IMG/VR virus record: IMGVR_UViG_3300029893_000001
Coordinates: 248,001-312,000 of that record
Strand: one strand, 5' to 3'
DNA length: 64,000 nucleotides
Below the pieces are notes generated by a model. The model was not told where the DNA came from. It searched no databases and was given only the letters and a program-made list of their open reading frames with translations. Position numbers and translations under genes: made by a program. Of this stretch, positions 36,685 to 45,424 are shown in pieces. Position 1 is the first letter of the stretch; the number at the start of each line of letters is the position of its first letter.

Positions 36685-36754
36685 TTGAGGAAGTAAATTC
36701 CTCAACCCGCAGCGGGAGTGTGGAGTTCGTCTCTACACTCCCGCTTCGTATTTA
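36685..36754 (+). terminator. Double hairpin/terminator after MCP
   Basis: TTGAGGAA-gtaaa-TTCCTCAA, then AGCGGGAGTGTGGAG-ttcgt-CTCTACACTCCCGCT-TCGTATTT. Confidence 0.7.
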
Positions 36755-36777
36755 TGCCCTGAAGGAGCCTGTGCACG

Positions 36778-37047
36778 ATGCGTCCGGAGCTAAAGACAAG
36801 GATTCTTCGGGTGGCAGAGGCAATGAAAGTCTTCCGCTACTATGAAGATCTCGTAAAGAATATGGCTCAGTTCTCAAACGCGTGGAATGCCACCGCAGAA
36901 GAGATGAAAAAGGGTCTTGAGACACGTGACGTCGATCTACTAGCGCGTGCTATTCGAGAGAATCGTAAGCAGGCTCAGCGCCTTAGTTACGTTCTTGAAC
37001 GTCACGAGAGGCTTGTCTCGAACCTTGGAGCTAAAAATGAGACCTGA
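36778..37047 (+). CDS. Hypothetical head-associated protein
   Basis: AAGGAG RBS; N-terminus similar to that of the next gene. Confidence 0.7.
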   Translation: MRPELKTRILRVAEAMKVFRYYEDLVKNMAQFSNAWNATAEEMKKGLETRDVDLLARAIRENRKQAQRLSYVLERHERLVSNLGAKNET

Positions 37048-37396
37048 CCTTGAGAAGCGGTTCTTGAAGGTGGCCCATAATCTGGATCGCCTCGAACAGC
37101 TTCGGAATTTGGTTGAAGACATTGAACAGACCTCACCGAGGTCGCTAATTGCTTCTGCCGCAGTAGCGGGCGCAGAGTTCTTAGCGGCTGCAACAGGCCA
37201 TACTGATGATGTAGCAGTGATTCATCGAGTTTACGAAGAGATTTTCGCTGCGATAGAATCTAGTGATGCAGTTAACGAGATGTTCTCGGCAAACAAGATT
37301 GCTTCTGCCGAAAAGGCCGATCGTTGTGCTCAGGCCGTCTCTTACCTGCAAAGGCTCCGTAGAAATCTGTCTCGAATGGGAGGCGAGCATGCATGA
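37037..37396 (+). CDS. Hypothetical head-associated protein
   Basis: Start MRPDLEK (37037), GGAG RBS. Confidence 0.7.
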   Translation: MRPDLEKRFLKVAHNLDRLEQLRNLVEDIEQTSPRSLIASAAVAGAEFLAAATGHTDDVAVIHRVYEEIFAAIESSDAVNEMFSANKIASAEKADRCAQAVSYLQRLRRNLSRMGGEHA

Positions 37397-38051
37397 AATT
37401 GTTGAACGCCTCATGGTCCTTGCCGCGCCAAAAAAGAAGGTTAAGCGCAAGTACTCCAAGGACGTTGAGAATGCATATGATGAATTGCTAGTTCACTTTG
37501 TTGAAAGTAGCGACTACACAAAGCGAGACAGAGCTTTTCGATTGATGATGCGTATTCGGAAGGCTTTAGAATCAGAGGGGTACGCCTTCAGAGAAAAGGT
37601 GATGTCAACCCCTCCAGCTACGCAACCGAAGCCAACGAGCCCCGTTTCCAAGTCCAAGCATCTCGTGTGTATGGGAGGGCTATGCACGTTGCTCAAAACC
37701 AAACCCCCGACAGGCCTGGACGCACACGCCACAGTACGCCTGATGGAATATCTGAGAAGCAAGCAGTGCTACCAGTTTTCTATCAAGCCCTCCGACCCTG
37801 AAGCAGTACGCAAAAGTGGTGTTAACGTCTCGCTTCCGAAGCCTCTGACGTGGGCAAAACTTGAGAATCACGGGCTGACTAGAGAGCCCATAGTTACCAA
37901 TGATGGTCGGACACTCATGGAGGAGTTCTCCATTGATGGCATCTGTGCGTACACCCTTGACAGACAGACCTTCTACGTGTCTAACGCAGGAATGTGCCGT
38001 CGATGGATGGATGGCCTAGACCGGATTGCAGACCAGGCCCTTAACAGGTGA
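37389..38051 (+). CDS. Hypothetical protein
   Basis: Start MHEIVE (37389), GGAGG RBS. Confidence 0.7.
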   Translation: MHEIVERLMVLAAPKKKVKRKYSKDVENAYDELLVHFVESSDYTKRDRAFRLMMRIRKALESEGYAFREKVMSTPPATQPKPTSPVSKSKHLVCMGGLCTLLKTKPPTGLDAHATVRLMEYLRSKQCYQFSIKPSDPEAVRKSGVNVSLPKPLTWAKLENHGLTREPIVTNDGRTLMEEFSIDGICAYTLDRQTFYVSNAGMCRRWMDGLDRIADQALNR

Positions 38052-38054
38052 TTT

Positions 38055-39488
38055 ATGGGCTTCCGGTTTTTATCTGCAGACAAGGTTACAGACCCCAAGT
38101 CTGCTGAACGAGTTCTGACGAAGTATCGAAATCGAGAGACAACTATGGCTCTCGATTCTCAGTCTTTTGACGGAACAGTTTTGAACGTAAAGGCCTCAGG
38201 AGGAACCCTCCGAATCGAATTCACTTGGTCGCATGATCGAGACCAAGGACCTTCGGAAATCGGTCACATTCAGCGTACTGCTGCAGCCAAAATCGGCTCT
38301 ATGGTTCGGTTCAAGGTCGGTACGGATGAATTCATTGGTCTACTTTCTGGTATGACAGAACTTCCAAAAGGCGCAACGACAGAGCGATACTTGGACTCCC
38401 CGTTCGTAATGACGTTTGCCTTCTCAGCACAAGACCAGAAGCCTATTATTGCGGACTTCGAAGAGAGTGGCATCATAGGCGTTCCCGTGCCGGCAAATAT
38501 CGTAGAACAGTTGCCAATTTCTGAGGACCTTCCGTACGATCCTCATATCACAGTCTGCTTTTTCCCTAAGCTCTCTCCCGAAGACGTCGAAAAGATATTG
38601 CCTATCGCAGCAGAAGCTGCTGACATTGTGGGAAGTTTCGACGTAATGATTGACGGTGGTACCGTATTCCCCAACCAGCAAGAGGACGGAACGTATCCAC
38701 ACGTTGCCAAGATTCTGAGCGAGGGCCTCAAAGATTACCACGATCTGGTGGTAGAGATGTGTGAGCACTACTTTCCAGGGAAAGTCGACACCACATTTGC
38801 TCTCAAGAACTATAAGCCACATTTGACGTTGTCGTATAACCACGACCCGTCTCCTCGTTCCGTACCCAAATCTCTCGCATGGAACGTAGACCATCTTACA
38901 CTCAATTTAGGCAAAACACGTAAGTTCCCAATCCCTCTCACAGAAGGTTCGCTTCGAGAAGGGGGCAGCGTACCAAAGCCATATCTCCAGTTTGGGGAGA
39001 TCCAAATCCCAATTCACGTCGTTGGAATTGGAAACAGGGAAGGGAGCATGCGGCTCCGTCTTAAAGAGCCAAAACAGGCACGCCGTTTCGATGAGTTGGA
39101 AGGCAAGACGGTGATGTTGGTAACTAAGAATGCAGACCAAGAACTGGAAATCAACCAAGTTATTGGCGCTGGTCCTGACGAATTTCAACTCTTCTATCGT
39201 CCAGTTGTCGTCTACATGCCAAAGTCGGCTGCCACGACACTGCGTTTTGTGAGCGCTGTTGCCCGAGATCGAGGCCTCACAAACATTTCTAATCGACTTT
39301 CAAAGTTCTTGGATTTCGACTCCTCTAAGTCTGAAGAAGAGGAAGAGCCAGAGGATAAAGAGGCCCTGGGCCCGGGGTTCGAGGGCACTGATGAACACAT
39401 TGTTACGTATGTGAAATCTCCCCAAACCCAGGTTATTGTTGAGGAGCCTAAGTTTACTCGCAAGTTGCCGCTTCACGAAAGAATTTGA
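38055..39488 (+). CDS. Multidomain protein with central 2H phosphoesterase (LigT/Acb1-like) domain
   Basis: Two HxT motifs, 'DPHITVCF' and 'KPHLTLSY', at 2H-family spacing. Confidence 0.8.
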   Translation: MGFRFLSADKVTDPKSAERVLTKYRNRETTMALDSQSFDGTVLNVKASGGTLRIEFTWSHDRDQGPSEIGHIQRTAAAKIGSMVRFKVGTDEFIGLLSGMTELPKGATTERYLDSPFVMTFAFSAQDQKPIIADFEESGIIGVPVPANIVEQLPISEDLPYDPHITVCFFPKLSPEDVEKILPIAAEAADIVGSFDVMIDGGTVFPNQQEDGTYPHVAKILSEGLKDYHDLVVEMCEHYFPGKVDTTFALKNYKPHLTLSYNHDPSPRSVPKSLAWNVDHLTLNLGKTRKFPIPLTEGSLREGGSVPKPYLQFGEIQIPIHVVGIGNREGSMRLRLKEPKQARRFDELEGKTVMLVTKNADQELEINQVIGAGPDEFQLFYRPVVVYMPKSAATTLRFVSAVARDRGLTNISNRLSKFLDFDSSKSEEEEEPEDKEALGPGFEGTDEHIVTYVKSPQTQVIVEEPKFTRKLPLHERI

Positions 39489-39544
39489 GATCGCGTTGAA
39501 GCATCATTTTGGGAGAAACACAACGGAAAGTGGGTACGGAAGCA

Positions 39545-40036
39545 ATGGCAAACCTAAACTCAGAAGAAAAGCGGCTACTCACGGCTGCTAAGCGTCTACG
39601 TCAACTCGTAAAGGCTGACGTAGAGAAAACGGCACATCCTGCCCTAATGGCTCTAGTCCGAGGTCTTGGTCCAGCCCTTTCTCGGTTGGGGCCAAAGCTT
39701 ATGCAGGTCATCAAGGCCATCCCACCGGATGCCTGGGGTCAGATTGCGCAGAACGTAGCTAGCATGCTCACGCAGATGGCGCAGGCTCAAGATGGGGCCA
39801 AGTCTGCCTCGACAGAGTACACAAAGGCCAGGACACTTAAAACAATCGTTGCCGTAGAAAAGAGCCTGCGTCGCGCCCGCATTAAGAACGCAAAGAGCAT
39901 CGCCACGCAGCTAGTAATGGCTTCTGTGCAAGCAGTTGCGGATCACAAGAAGACTCCTAATCCAGAGTTGGTCAAGGCGGTCCAAATGGTAAATGATGCT
40001 CGGGCTGAAATCGCATTGCTTCGTGAGTTTGTCTGA
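39545..40036 (+). CDS. Hypothetical (probable internal head) protein
   Basis: Helical, with [KR]xA motifs. Confidence 0.7.
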   Translation: MANLNSEEKRLLTAAKRLRQLVKADVEKTAHPALMALVRGLGPALSRLGPKLMQVIKAIPPDAWGQIAQNVASMLTQMAQAQDGAKSASTEYTKARTLKTIVAVEKSLRRARIKNAKSIATQLVMASVQAVADHKKTPNPELVKAVQMVNDARAEIALLREFV

Positions 40037-40863
40037 TGGAAGTCCTTCCTCTAGATCAGCAGAAAAAGGCGGTCCTGTACGCCCCTAAGGACCTTCTGTG
40101 GAAGATCGCAGAGGAAGAGGACGCCTGGCTAAAGCTATTGGGTATTCTTCCGGAGGACTACTATGCGCAGTTCCTCGGGAGGCTTCGACTCATGGGAGTC
40201 GAGGACCCGAATCAGATGAAGAACATGGCAAAGGTGTACGTCCAGAACAAGGTTCGACTGGACCACCTGCAAGAGGCGTTGGCAGCGGCTTGGAATCCCA
40301 ATGACTTAGAAGAAGGGACTTCATGGCTGAAGGAGAAAGGCTTTCTTAATAGACCCCTTGCGCCATTGTCATTACAAGCAGAGACCGCGCAGATCAAAGA
40401 AGTAATGGCAGAAGCTGCGGCTATGCCACTAGTAACCAGGCTGAGGCTCGCGAGGGCAGCGAAGGGGACCCGGCCTAAGGTCGGAAATCCTCCGGACGGG
40501 GCCAGTCCAGAGGCCGCCAAGTGCTGGAATCGTGTTTTGCGAGACCCCAAACGCAGGAAAGTGATCTTCAAGCCAAAGGGCCTTGCAGACCAATGGGCAC
40601 TGGCGCATAAGTTTTGGCTGAAGGAATGCGCCCGAGATGGCGTTCCCGCGTACAAGAGTCCTGCCGCATCATCGTCAATGCATGCGCAGAATTCTCTGAA
40701 GCGCTCTCTTCACGAGATGCACAATAGCCTCTGCTATGATGGCTACACAATGTCTCGACCGGCTTCTAGGCTTCTCAAGAAGCTTTACGACCAACTGGTA
40801 CGGGATGGATATGATGTTGGTCCATGGAATTCAATTCGTCCCAAGACTCCCAAGGGAATCTAA
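40036..40863 (+). CDS. Hypothetical protein
   Basis: Coupled; C-domain paralogous to 43348-43614. Confidence 0.7.
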   Translation: MEVLPLDQQKKAVLYAPKDLLWKIAEEEDAWLKLLGILPEDYYAQFLGRLRLMGVEDPNQMKNMAKVYVQNKVRLDHLQEALAAAWNPNDLEEGTSWLKEKGFLNRPLAPLSLQAETAQIKEVMAEAAAMPLVTRLRLARAAKGTRPKVGNPPDGASPEAAKCWNRVLRDPKRRKVIFKPKGLADQWALAHKFWLKECARDGVPAYKSPAASSSMHAQNSLKRSLHEMHNSLCYDGYTMSRPASRLLKKLYDQLVRDGYDVGPWNSIRPKTPKGI

Positions 40864-42500
40864 TGTCTGCTAAGACTCTATTAGAGCAGCGTGCGATTTT
40901 CCTCCAGAAACTCGCCTATGAGATTCTGACGAATCCAAACATTCGTCTAGCAACTGTTGCCAACCTTGTTGGGGATCCTACGCTTTTCGACAAGGACCTT
41001 AGTTCTGTACTTTCGATTTTGTTCGCCCATGACAACTTAAAGTCAGAGAACGTCTCCGCTGCAGAGCAGCCCGTCAAGATTCTTGAACAGATCTACCAGG
41101 ACTTAGAAGTTCGAGGGTTCAAGCTACCCAACTTCAAAAGACGCTATGAATGGGTTAAGAGTGTTACTGGAGGGTCATTTAGAAATGACTCAAAGAATTT
41201 TGACGGAGGCGAAGCACGTGCGCTAGATCGGCCTTTGCGCCGACTACGAGAGAGATTCTACGAGCTTCGAATGCACGACGACGGGCATGTGCAGGACAAT
41301 CTAGGCCGTGCTGTCTCGAAGCACACAGGAGCGGAGCTAACAGCTCTGGTTGAGCAACTCATTGCTTCCATCAAGAAGCTTGAAACCGAGGGCCAGGCCT
41401 ACTCTGTTGGCGGCGATGATTCCCGTGCAGGAAAGGGTCGTAACGAGTTCTTGGACAAGCGCTACGATGAAGTAGCAGCTCTTATCAACAAGTCTGTCGG
41501 TACCTCCGCCGAAGGTCCGGTCATTACGATCTATCACCTTCAAGGCGAAGCGGTTGATAGCGAGCGCTGGTATGCCGTTGCGGAGAAAGACGTAATGCCG
41601 TTGTCCAACGCAGTTGTGTCTGCACGGCCTAAATGGCGACTGGAGGACAACTCCAAGTATGAGTATATTTCCACCCTCATTTCTTCGCCGTCATCAATCC
41701 AAGTCAAGGTTGTCTTCCCTGACGACAGCCTTAGCGAGGCACAAGAATTGGTTGCGAGAGTGGAAGAAAAGGCGAAGGGACAGATTTCGTCCGTATGGTC
41801 GGGTAACAAAGTCACCCTAAGCAGTCAGCGCAAGGACCTACTAGAGAAGGTTGCTGATTTGTTAGCGGACCGCACTAACGGGACTCGTGGATTGCTGAGA
41901 GGAGCGCGTAGCCTCGAACAGTTTGAGGCAGAGAGCAAACTTCTCAATGAAATCTCGCAGCCTAGCAAGGAAGGCGGTCCTATTGTCAGGCTCGTAAAAC
42001 TGCCCTTCACCCCTGATCAAATCGATGATGCGTTTCCTTCCGTTGAGATTCGGGAAGACGAACACATCGGTAAACATATCTCGAAGATTTCATTGGAACT
42101 CATCCGAAAGTCTAGGTTCTCTGGGTTTGTTGATTTCGACGACAAGTACAGGATGATGATTCTGTGGGCCAACGCCCCGTCAGACGACCAGAAGGACGCA
42201 GAAGGGAACACGTTCCGCGACCATCTTGTGGAAATCCTGAAGGACCACAAGAAGGACTTTGCTGGAATTATGGGCCAAGTTCCGGAGATCGTTCGCACTA
42301 AAACTGGAGCAGCGCTGTACTTCCCCCGTCCTGCCAGCATCCCCCGCGTCGTGAAGAATAGAGCAGGAATTGAAGATGCCATTGAATCTGTGAATGCAGA
42401 CATCGAAGCTATGGAGCAGCATACACGGATTGAGCGGGGCTTTAATAGGAGCATCGACCAGGATGAGCTGCCCCTTACGCTGGAGGAGGTTGGCTCGTGA
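40863..42500 (+). CDS. Hypothetical protein
   Basis: TAATG coupling. Confidence 0.75.
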   Translation: MSAKTLLEQRAIFLQKLAYEILTNPNIRLATVANLVGDPTLFDKDLSSVLSILFAHDNLKSENVSAAEQPVKILEQIYQDLEVRGFKLPNFKRRYEWVKSVTGGSFRNDSKNFDGGEARALDRPLRRLRERFYELRMHDDGHVQDNLGRAVSKHTGAELTALVEQLIASIKKLETEGQAYSVGGDDSRAGKGRNEFLDKRYDEVAALINKSVGTSAEGPVITIYHLQGEAVDSERWYAVAEKDVMPLSNAVVSARPKWRLEDNSKYEYISTLISSPSSIQVKVVFPDDSLSEAQELVARVEEKAKGQISSVWSGNKVTLSSQRKDLLEKVADLLADRTNGTRGLLRGARSLEQFEAESKLLNEISQPSKEGGPIVRLVKLPFTPDQIDDAFPSVEIREDEHIGKHISKISLELIRKSRFSGFVDFDDKYRMMILWANAPSDDQKDAEGNTFRDHLVEILKDHKKDFAGIMGQVPEIVRTKTGAALYFPRPASIPRVVKNRAGIEDAIESVNADIEAMEQHTRIERGFNRSIDQDELPLTLEEVGS

Positions 42501-42907
42501 CTATTATCGCGTACAAAGACCAAGGCTTCTCCGCAGTGAGTGTGGTAACGAAAAGAACCAACGGTTCTCTTGTCACTCCGGACGCAGGTCCCCTTTGCGA
42601 ATTCTTCCGTGTGGACCCCAACACAGGAGCCATGGTTAAAGATTTGACCATGGGTACCCTTGGAGAAGTCAATTTGGCCTTGGTCCCCGGAAGCTCATTT
42701 CTTTACTCTGCTCCGATAGATTTGAGCCCTGCAGAGTTTGAGCTGTACGAGCTAACGATCACGTACTCTTACGATGCTGCCGCTGGCACGAATGTTGAGC
42801 GAGTCACGTTGATCGTCAGTCGCCCCGACACAATCATTTACCGCAGTCGCAACATCACAGTAGGGTCTCAGGGTACTACATTCAAGGCGCCAACTCTGGC
42901 GACATAA
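42497..42907 (+). CDS. Small beta-rich structural protein (putative)
   Basis: GGAGG RBS, GTGA overlap. Confidence 0.65.
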   Translation: MTIIAYKDQGFSAVSVVTKRTNGSLVTPDAGPLCEFFRVDPNTGAMVKDLTMGTLGEVNLALVPGSSFLYSAPIDLSPAEFELYELTITYSYDAAAGTNVERVTLIVSRPDTIIYRSRNITVGSQGTTFKAPTLAT

Positions 42908-42910
42908 ACT

Positions 42911-43351
42911 TTGGCCGTCGAACCTAAACAACTGATTCTTGACGGAAAAGCCGAGTACATCGAAGACGGTGACACGGTTCTTGTGGTGGTCTACGTCATG
43001 GACCCCCAACTTGAGTTGGGTTTCCCCGGCCACGTAAAGTCAGGGACATGTAAGCTTCTCTACCGAAACCAAGTAGTTAGAACAATCGAGTTCGATCGAA
43101 GGTTCGGTAACGGAGAAGGCGCAGATGGGGATTTCATCTTCCAATTTCTTCACCCTCCGTTCAATCGAGATATGAAGATTTCAGTTGAAGTAGAGGCTCC
43201 TATATCTCAGCAGGGAGCCGGGGTCCTGAAGAAAACAATTCCTGTCACACAAGCTGAGATTCCGTTCATCCCACTGCAGCAGCAATTAGACACAGTGTCG
43301 AATGCAAATGGAGAACTCAGAAGCAGACGACGTATGGAGGAGGAGATATGA
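42911..43351 (+). CDS. Hypothetical protein
   Basis: Operon context. Confidence 0.65.
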   Translation: MAVEPKQLILDGKAEYIEDGDTVLVVVYVMDPQLELGFPGHVKSGTCKLLYRNQVVRTIEFDRRFGNGEGADGDFIFQFLHPPFNRDMKISVEVEAPISQQGAGVLKKTIPVTQAEIPFIPLQQQLDTVSNANGELRSRRRMEEEI

Positions 43352-43614
43352 AGAGAGCCCCATCATATAAGAACCCTCCTTCCGCCATCAACCCAGGAGC
43401 ACTGGAGGTATGGCGATACGTAGTGAAGCACTTCGCAGACGATATCTACGAGTCGAAGTCAATGAGAGACCAATGGAAAAAGGCGAAGTCTCACTTTGAA
43501 CGCCTGTGCAGAAAGAAGGACATCCTTCCGTATGCATTTCTTTCTGAAGGCAGAAAAGCCGCTCACTTTATTGCGCTGGCCTCTCGTGTCGAGCGCCTCT
43601 CAAGGAGCTTCTGA
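43348..43614 (+). CDS. Small hypothetical protein
   Basis: GGAGG RBS, ATGA overlap. Confidence 0.7.
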   Translation: MKRAPSYKNPPSAINPGALEVWRYVVKHFADDIYESKSMRDQWKKAKSHFERLCRKKDILPYAFLSEGRKAAHFIALASRVERLSRSF

Positions 43615-44036
43615 TGCTTGCACCGGTACGTCAGCTATACCCAATTCGATTGACAGCTCCAGCCGATTCAAGGTCTTTCGTTCTTGAGACCAATCTCCCT
43701 GTGGCGCCCATTCTGCAGCCAAAGATGTTCTTCCGGAACACCTCCTTAACTGACTCAGTTCGCGTTCAGTTGAATCACGTTCTGAGTTTGGGGGTAAGCG
43801 ACGATCCTCTGCTGACAGGAACATTCACGACTTCATTGTTTGACGAGACGGTGGGGCCTGGAGAGTTGCTCTGGCACGTGTTTCCTGCGGTGTCTTTGGG
43901 CGACGGTCTCGTGTATCATGAGGTCACTGTCTCTGTTACAGGAGCAGGGTCGGATGTGATTCTGCAAAGTTGGGTTGAGGGAGTGTTCGAGGAAAGCCTG
44001 AAGGTTCTACCCTCGTATGAGCCAATCTTAATTTGA
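43614..44036 (+). CDS. Hypothetical beta-rich protein
   Basis: TGATG coupling. Confidence 0.65.
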   Translation: MLAPVRQLYPIRLTAPADSRSFVLETNLPVAPILQPKMFFRNTSLTDSVRVQLNHVLSLGVSDDPLLTGTFTTSLFDETVGPGELLWHVFPAVSLGDGLVYHEVTVSVTGAGSDVILQSWVEGVFEESLKVLPSYEPILI

Positions 44037-44044
44037 GGCCCCAA

Positions 44045-44422
44045 ATGGAACAGCTTTACCTAATAGTGATTGCCTCTCTAGTAGTTGTAGGACTTCTGCT
44101 GCTCTTTGTCTTTAAGCCGGATCTCGCGAAGAAATGCTGGGCTTACATTTTGGGTGGCGCTGCTCTCATCGGCGGTATTGTTTTCTTTTTAGGGCAACGA
44201 AAGAGGCCTGCAACTCCTGACCCTGTAATGGCAGAAAAGGAAAAGAAGCTCCAGGAGGACCTTCGAAAGGTCCACGAGGAAGCCGAAGCTGCGATTCAAG
44301 CTGCGCGCGAGAAGGAGCAAGAGGTCCACATTGAAATCGAGGAGATTAAGCAGATTGAGGATGATGAAGAACGCCTTCAACGCCTAGCTGCTTTGTTTAA
44401 TCGCACCCGTCGTCGCAGGTGA
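44045..44422 (+). CDS. Membrane protein, 2 TM helices + coiled coil (holin/spanin candidate)
   Basis: Two hydrophobic segments followed by a charged coiled coil and an Arg-rich end. Confidence 0.6.
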   Translation: MEQLYLIVIASLVVVGLLLLFVFKPDLAKKCWAYILGGAALIGGIVFFLGQRKRPATPDPVMAEKEKKLQEDLRKVHEEAEAAIQAAREKEQEVHIEIEEIKQIEDDEERLQRLAALFNRTRRRR

Positions 44423-44425
44423 ATC

Positions 44426-45424
44426 GTGCCGGCTTCCGTAGATGTCAGAGGAATCGCAGTCAAGTTGCTGAAGGCTCACCACCTTCGGTACATTGACATG
44501 CGCTCTATCCCAGATCCGCTGACTGGAACGCACGTTATTGTACTCAAGTTTCGTCGGGATAAGGAGCAATCCCCTAAGGCCTTCTTCGACGACCTAAACG
44601 AAAATGGAATCCAGTACAAGAAGCTAGTCAAGGATCCAAACGCTACGCAAATCATATGCGAGCTTTGGCCTAAGGGCCAAAAGAAACGCGTTTCGGAACT
44701 ACGAGAGAAAGTCAGGGACCAGCAAAGGTCTAAGGAAAACGGGGGTACTTCAGGAATTAGCAACGGGAACATGCCTTATGTAGGAATACCCGCTGGAGGG
44801 ACCCAAGCTATTATGATTCAAAGCATCGCAAAAGAGCTTGCTGAAGCCGGGCACGGGGAAGAAGCTAAGGAGCTACTTAGAATTGCTGGAGAGCAAGACT
44901 GGGAAGAGTTTCGCCGTCGGATGCGGAAAGTGTTCTCCAGAATGAAGCTCTATATGAGACCTGAAGTACGACAGCTTCGAGAGCAGATCTCATCTGAAAT
45001 CATCAAAGAAATGGGTCCAGATGTTGAGCTGCTTCGCGGGACGCGAGGTTCGGAACTAGAGAAACACATCAACGACTGTCTTCACGAGCATATTGATCTT
45101 GTGTTAGACACCAGGGGCATTGCTGACTCAATTCTTCGTCGGACGGCCGAACATCTGTCACCTGAGCAAAAAGTGGCCCACCTGCAAAGGATTCGGCGAG
45201 GGTTCACTGTTCTTGCGAACAGAGCGAGCAATACCGGGGATCTAGACGTCGCTGATGTCGCTACGAAGTATGCTGATCTATTGGCTCGCGATATTCAGAC
45301 CTTGGTTGATGGCGGGTCGAGTGTAGCCGTAAAATTAGATGACCCTGTTGTCGCTCTTGTCTCGTCGCGTTCTCTGGACGCGGCCTACTTACATCTCGTA
45401 GAATCTACTTACAATGCCCGGTAA
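44426..45424 (+). CDS. Hypothetical (probable internal head) protein
   Basis: Long ORF. Confidence 0.7.
   Translation: MPASVDVRGIAVKLLKAHHLRYIDMRSIPDPLTGTHVIVLKFRRDKEQSPKAFFDDLNENGIQYKKLVKDPNATQIICELWPKGQKKRVSELREKVRDQQRSKENGGTSGISNGNMPYVGIPAGGTQAIMIQSIAKELAEAGHGEEAKELLRIAGEQDWEEFRRRMRKVFSRMKLYMRPEVRQLREQISSEIIKEMGPDVELLRGTRGSELEKHINDCLHEHIDLVLDTRGIADSILRRTAEHLSPEQKVAHLQRIRRGFTVLANRASNTGDLDVADVATKYADLLARDIQTLVDGGSSVAVKLDDPVVALVSSRSLDAAYLHLVESTYNAR

Noticed and set aside
35004-36754. Extra promoter-motif matches (TTGG-N18-GTATTTT at 35004; TTCG-N18-GTATTTA at 36726)
   Set aside because: Mismatches in both boxes, and they coincide with terminator hairpins and U-tracts.
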